The notes under the pieces are model-generated. The model saw only the letters and a list, made by a program, of their open reading frames with translations, ran no database searches and was not told the origin of the DNA. Position numbers and translations under genes: made by a program. A DNA stretch of 64,000 nucleotides, taken from Rubripirellula sp. GTDB lineage: Bacteria > Planctomycetota > Planctomycetia > Pirellulales > Pirellulaceae. Where the stretch lies: positions 1,088,001 through 1,152,000 of the forward strand of contig OZ244207.1 of assembly GCA_965216875.1 (NCBI GenBank), read 5' to 3'. Shown piece by piece: positions 60,065 to 64,000 of the stretch (within the stretch, counting starts at the first letter, position 1; the number at the start of each line of letters is the position of its first letter).

Positions 60065-60606
60065 GGCCACGAACAACGCGGGAAGAAACGCATAAGGATT
60101 CTTGCGCTCGGCTTGTTGTGTTTTTTTGTGTTTCTTGTGGCTCACTCATCCATTAGGCGAAAAGGACGAACCACGAATTGGTCGAATGACACGAATGAAG
60201 AACTGTTGCGCGAGTGCTATTGGTGAGGTTCTCTCGGGAAGGCTGCCACGAGAAACACGAGAAGGCACAAAGAGATAGGAAGGCCCGGCCGCTTACGCGT
60301 TCACGGCTCAGTGGAGTTCGTTCATGTTCTGGCGAAGGTTGCTGCGGATGCGTGAGTAAGTGTCCGTCGGCTCATGGTTGGGTTCGGTCGTGCCGGATCT
60401 GTGTCGCTGTCGCTCCTTGATGCCGGCCTACGAGAATGGATGCGTGAGTAAGTGTGGGCCCGCGGCTAGCGCCGTCGGCTCAGGGTTGGGTTCGGTCGTG
60501 CCGGATCTGTGTCGCTGTCGCTCCTTGATGCCGGCCTACGAGAATGGATGCGTGAGCAAGTGTAGGGCCCGCGGCTAGCGCCGTCGGCTCACGGGGTGGG
60601 TTCGGA
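60065..60606. repeat. Mosaic repeat cluster (triplet-type motifs, REP-B, 108-bp REP-A/REP-B tandem)
   Basis: REP-A at 60391-60431 and 60499-60539 alternating with GGCCCGCGGCTAGCGCCGTCGGCTCA; AACCACGAATTGGTCGAATGACACGAAT at ~60169; GCCACGAGAAACACGAGAAGGCACAAA at ~60245 and an inverted relative at ~60116-60141. Confidence 0.88.
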
Positions 60607-60618
60607 CGCACGTGTTGG

Positions 60619-61563
60619 CTAAAACGCTATGTCGGTTACGACGGGGCGGTGGTCTGATAGTTGCGTGTCGATCGCTTGGTAGTTGTTGAAAGTCCATGTG
60701 TCGGGGATGACGATCCAGTCGATCAATTGATGCGGGCTTTCGGACGTGAAAGTGAGCTGTGGCTCGCTCGGAGCCTCGATTGGCCGGCGAAGAAACGCTT
60801 CCGACTTGTCGATGAGCTCGATCGCGTTTCGTCCCGCTTCGTCTTTCTGGTGATTGGGAAAACCTTCGGGCGTCGAGTTGAAGTCTCCTGCAAAGATGAC
60901 TGGCAAACCAGAGTTCTTTGCCAATGTCGTCAAGATCTCGATCGATTCACAACGAATCGTTTCGCTCCGATGTGAGAGATGGATCGGGACGATTCGAAAG
61001 GGCTGCTTGGGGTGGTGGACAACGCAAACCATCCCCCGTTTGCGACCAGCGATGAACGATTCGACCGCAGAAACGGGCGGGTACTCGAGCGGCTGCAACT
61101 CTCTTAGTGGGTAACGTGACAGGACTGCGTTGCCAAAGTTCCAGGTCCAACCTAGAAAACGTGCTTCCACATTTCGCTGCCGCGCCACGTAGGGGTATCC
61201 GGCCTTCAGCGCGATCTGTTCGGCTTGATCAACGTGATGACTCCAGCTGCAATCGAAGTCGACTTCGTTGAGAACCACAACGTCAGCATCGGTTTCGGTT
61301 AGAAGCTCGGCGATTCGGTCGATCCTGGCGAGTCGTGTGACGGCCGGTTCGCCGTTCCAATTCTTCGGAACAAGGCCTCGTGTATGCGCGATGTTGTAAC
61401 AAACCAAACGCAATCCCTCGTGTCGGCCCGGTTTGGCATGAGGCGCGTTGACCGAGAGCTGATCAACGCGATTGAAGAGACTTCGGGCTCGAGACCAGAG
61501 TGTGGGCAGGGCGACGAGGAACAGGATTGCCAGGATGCAAAGTAGGATTCGCTTCGGTCGCAT
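60619..61563 (-). CDS. Endonuclease/exonuclease/phosphatase family protein, membrane-anchored
   Basis: CYNIAH, DVVVLNEVD, GNAVLSRYP, AGDFN, IDWI and SDHRPV. Confidence 0.92.
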   Translation of the reverse strand: MRPKRILLCILAILFLVALPTLWSRARSLFNRVDQLSVNAPHAKPGRHEGLRLVCYNIAHTRGLVPKNWNGEPAVTRLARIDRIAELLTETDADVVVLNEVDFDCSWSHHVDQAEQIALKAGYPYVARQRNVEARFLGWTWNFGNAVLSRYPLRELQPLEYPPVSAVESFIAGRKRGMVCVVHHPKQPFRIVPIHLSHRSETIRCESIEILTTLAKNSGLPVIFAGDFNSTPEGFPNHQKDEAGRNAIELIDKSEAFLRRPIEAPSEPQLTFTSESPHQLIDWIVIPDTWTFNNYQAIDTQLSDHRPVVTDIAF

Positions 61564-61586
61564 GCGCCAGCCCTAAGAGTATTCCT

Positions 61587-63056
61587 TTAGCTCAAGATGT
61601 CGTGGACAACGTGACCGTGAACGTCGGTCAAGCGGAATTGCCGTCCTTGGAAGCGATAGGTCAGTTTCTCGTGATCGATTCCGGTCAAATGCAACAGGGT
61701 TGCTTGGAAGTCGTGAACGTGGACAGGGTTTTCAACAACGTTGATGCCGAGGTCGTCGGTTGCGCCGTAGGTGTAGCCCGGTTTGACACCCGCACCGGCC
61801 ATCCACGAGGTGTAGGCATAAGGATGGTGGTCGCGCCCCCAACGTTTTCGATTGTTGATGTCGCCTTGAAGGAACGGCGTGCGGCCAAACTCGCCACCCC
61901 AAATCACCAGAGTGTCTTCAAGCAGTCCGCGTTGTTTGAGATCTTGCACAAGTGCAGCGCTCGGTTGGTCGGTCGCTTTGCATTGACCATAAAATTCAGT
62001 CGTCAAGTTGTTGTGTTGGTCCCAGCCCGCGTGCATCAGTTGAACGTACCGACAACCCCGTTCGACCAATCGACGAGCGAGCAAGCAGTTGTGCGCGTAC
62101 GATCCCGGTTTTTCGACATCCGGTCCGTACATTTCGAGCGTCTCTTTCGATTCGGTGCTCAGATCAGCAAGCTCGGGGACGCTTCGTTGCATCTTGAAGC
62201 TCATTTCGTATTGAGCGATTCGCGTTGCAATCTCGGGGTCGCCAAACTCTTGCAGCTTCATTTCGTTGATCGCAGCAACATCGTCTAACCAACCTCGCCG
62301 CATCTGGCGACTCATCCCGTCTGGGTTGGAGACGTAGAGGACGGGGTCGCCGCTGCCGCGAAATTTGACACCCTGGAAACGAGACGGCAAAAAACCGCTG
62401 CCCCAGTAAAAGTCGTAGAAGATTTGTCCGCAGCTTGTGTTAGGCGTGATGCTTGTCATCACCACAAACGACGGAAGCTCGTCCGTTTCGCTGCCGAGTC
62501 CGTAGGTCAACCACGCGCCAACCGTTGGGCGTCCTGGCATTTCGCCACCGCTGAGTGCAAAGGTGATTGCGGGCGCATGATTGACTTGTTCGGTGTGGAG
62601 GCTTTTGACGAAACAGAGGTCGTCGGCAACCTTGGCGGTGTAGGGCATCATTTCGCTAACCCAAGCACCACTTTCGCCGCGTTGCTTGAAGGGTTCGATT
62701 GGTGCCAGCAGCAGCTTGCCGTCAGCTTTTCCCGTCATGGTCGAGAAACGCCGATCGCCGATGTAGGAAAGAGGCACCGGTTCTTTGTGCATCTTTTCGA
62801 GGTTGGGCTTCCAGTCGAAGAGGTCGACGTGCGTGGGCGCTCCATTTTGGAACATGTAGATCACGCGTTTGGCTTTTGGCGAAAAGTGCGGCAAGCCTGG
62901 AAGTCCGCCGAAACGCTGCTGGTGCGTTTTCGCCTCGCCAGCCAAACCGTCTTTGGCCATTAGCGAGGCGAGTGCCGCGGTGCCGATGCCGGAAGCGGAT
63001 CGGCCAAAGAAATGACGGCGACTTAGGTGCAGGTTGTTTTGGGTAAGCGGATCCAT
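61587..63056 (-). CDS. DUF1501 domain protein (Tat-type signal)
   Basis: SRRHFF; AKRVIYMFQNGAPTHVDLFD, WDQH, WGGEFGRTP and GRDHHP. Confidence 0.92.
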   Translation of the reverse strand: MDPLTQNNLHLSRRHFFGRSASGIGTAALASLMAKDGLAGEAKTHQQRFGGLPGLPHFSPKAKRVIYMFQNGAPTHVDLFDWKPNLEKMHKEPVPLSYIGDRRFSTMTGKADGKLLLAPIEPFKQRGESGAWVSEMMPYTAKVADDLCFVKSLHTEQVNHAPAITFALSGGEMPGRPTVGAWLTYGLGSETDELPSFVVMTSITPNTSCGQIFYDFYWGSGFLPSRFQGVKFRGSGDPVLYVSNPDGMSRQMRRGWLDDVAAINEMKLQEFGDPEIATRIAQYEMSFKMQRSVPELADLSTESKETLEMYGPDVEKPGSYAHNCLLARRLVERGCRYVQLMHAGWDQHNNLTTEFYGQCKATDQPSAALVQDLKQRGLLEDTLVIWGGEFGRTPFLQGDINNRKRWGRDHHPYAYTSWMAGAGVKPGYTYGATDDLGINVVENPVHVHDFQATLLHLTGIDHEKLTYRFQGRQFRLTDVHGHVVHDILS

Positions 63057-63060
63057 GGCT

Positions 63061-64000
63061 CTATTCCCGGGTCAAGGTTTCGTCAAAGTTGAGCACGGCC
63101 AAACAGAGCGCCGTCCAGCTGGCATGGTCGACAGCGTCAAGCGATGCGTCACGTTCCGACTCGCCCATCGAAAGCAGCGCGGTCGCTTCTTCGGCGTCGC
63201 TGTTGAATTCCGTTCGTGTTCGCTCCAGGCCCGCTTTCAATACTTCGAATTCGTTGTCGGAGGCTGGGCGTGCAATCATCCGCTGCAACACAAAGTTCAC
63301 TCGTTCACGGTCAGAGTCCAGCTCTTGTTGCAGCGTCAGTTGTGCCAGAGCGCGTGCCGCTTCGACGTAAGCGACATTGTTCAGGGTTTGCAAAGCGTGC
63401 AGCGGCGTGTTGGTGCGACTCACTTTCACAGTGCAAGCTTGACGCGAGGCGCTGTCAAAGAACATGGTCGGCGCAATGATGCGTCGCCAGAAGGTGTAGA
63501 GACTGCGGCGGTAGAGTTTTTCGCCGCCGTCGAGCTTGTACTTTTTCTTGCCAAACGACGCCTCTTCCCAAACGCCGGGCGGTTGGTAGGTGTTGACGGC
63601 TGGCCCCGAGTTGGCTGCAGATAGCAGGCCGCTTGCCGCGAGCGCTTGGTCGCGAATCATCCAAGACGGCATACGGTAACGAGCACCGCGAGCGAGGTAG
63701 CGGTTTTGGGGGTCGGATTCAAACACCGCGGGGCTGGCGATTTTGGACGACTGGCGATACGTGTGACTGGTAACGATCAGACGCACCAAGTGCTTGACGT
63801 CCCAACCACTTTCGCGGAATTCGGCCGACAGCCAATTCAACAAGTCCATGTGGACCGGGATTTCGCCTTGCGCCCCGAAGTCTTCGGTCGTCTTGACCAG
63901 ACCGATTCCAAAAATCTGCTGCCAGAATCGGTTGACCGTCACGCGCGCGGTCAGCGGATTGTCATCAGCAACGAGCCAGCGAGCCAAGGTGAGCCGGTTT
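63061..64000 (-). CDS. DUF1553 (PSD1) domain protein, 5' part beyond window
   Basis: NPLTARVTVNRFWQ, GWDVKHL, YRRSLYTFW and RTNTPLHAL; paired with the downstream DUF1501. Confidence 0.92.
   Translation of the reverse strand, partial: NRLTLARWLVADDNPLTARVTVNRFWQQIFGIGLVKTTEDFGAQGEIPVHMDLLNWLSAEFRESGWDVKHLVRLIVTSHTYRQSSKIASPAVFESDPQNRYLARGARYRMPSWMIRDQALAASGLLSAANSGPAVNTYQPPGVWEEASFGKKKYKLDGGEKLYRRSLYTFWRRIIAPTMFFDSASRQACTVKVSRTNTPLHALQTLNNVAYVEAARALAQLTLQQELDSDRERVNFVLQRMIARPASDNEFEVLKAGLERTRTEFNSDAEEATALLSMGESERDASLDAVDHASWTALCLAVLNFDETLTRE

Noticed and set aside
53982..60606. Composite transposon, IS or prophage explanation for the accessory region
   Set aside because: No transposase, integrase or phage gene recognised and no target-site duplication seen; the attC architecture explains it better.
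60001..60618. Remnant intI gene next to attI
   Set aside because: The short ORFs here are translations of repeats; no tyrosine-recombinase motifs (R...HxxR...Y) were recognised.

Overview
High-GC bacterial DNA with the hallmarks of a planctomycete of the Pirellulaceae type (inference from PSD1/DUF1549-DUF1553 cytochromes paired with DUF1501, DUF1559, sulfatases and a giant Ser/Thr kinase-WD40 protein). Left to right: ppk2 (truncated), a kinase-WD40 gene plus an FHA-pseudokinase, a PAS-AraC regulator divergent from a GlcG-like gene, a PSD1/DUF1501 pair, a ThuA-like gene inside repeat clusters, and a 14.6-kb alternative complex III plus caa3 oxidase operon preceded by two RegA/RegR-type boxes. 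Then come folK, arsR, a CPBP protease, an insertion-domain-less uvrA, dgt, PIN/TRAM and a double sulfatase. Two regions stand out. (1) 44854-53802 is a tightly coupled minus-strand operon headed by a DUF2946-like leader (signal peptide, His-rich, CxxC, terminal RGPP arrest-type motif), followed by DUF58, a Cys-less transglutaminase, MoxR, a His-rich lipoprotein, a His-rich permease and DUF1559, which suggests a metal-responsive system. (2) 54475-60022 is an integron-type cassette array with about nine attC-like sites, a recognisable attI-like junction and a Pc-like promoter, but no integrase in the window, and it decays with distance from attI. At least four families of short extragenic repeats form mosaic clusters. 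No rRNA, tRNA or CRISPR was recognised. All calls come from reading motifs by eye; no database searches were run.
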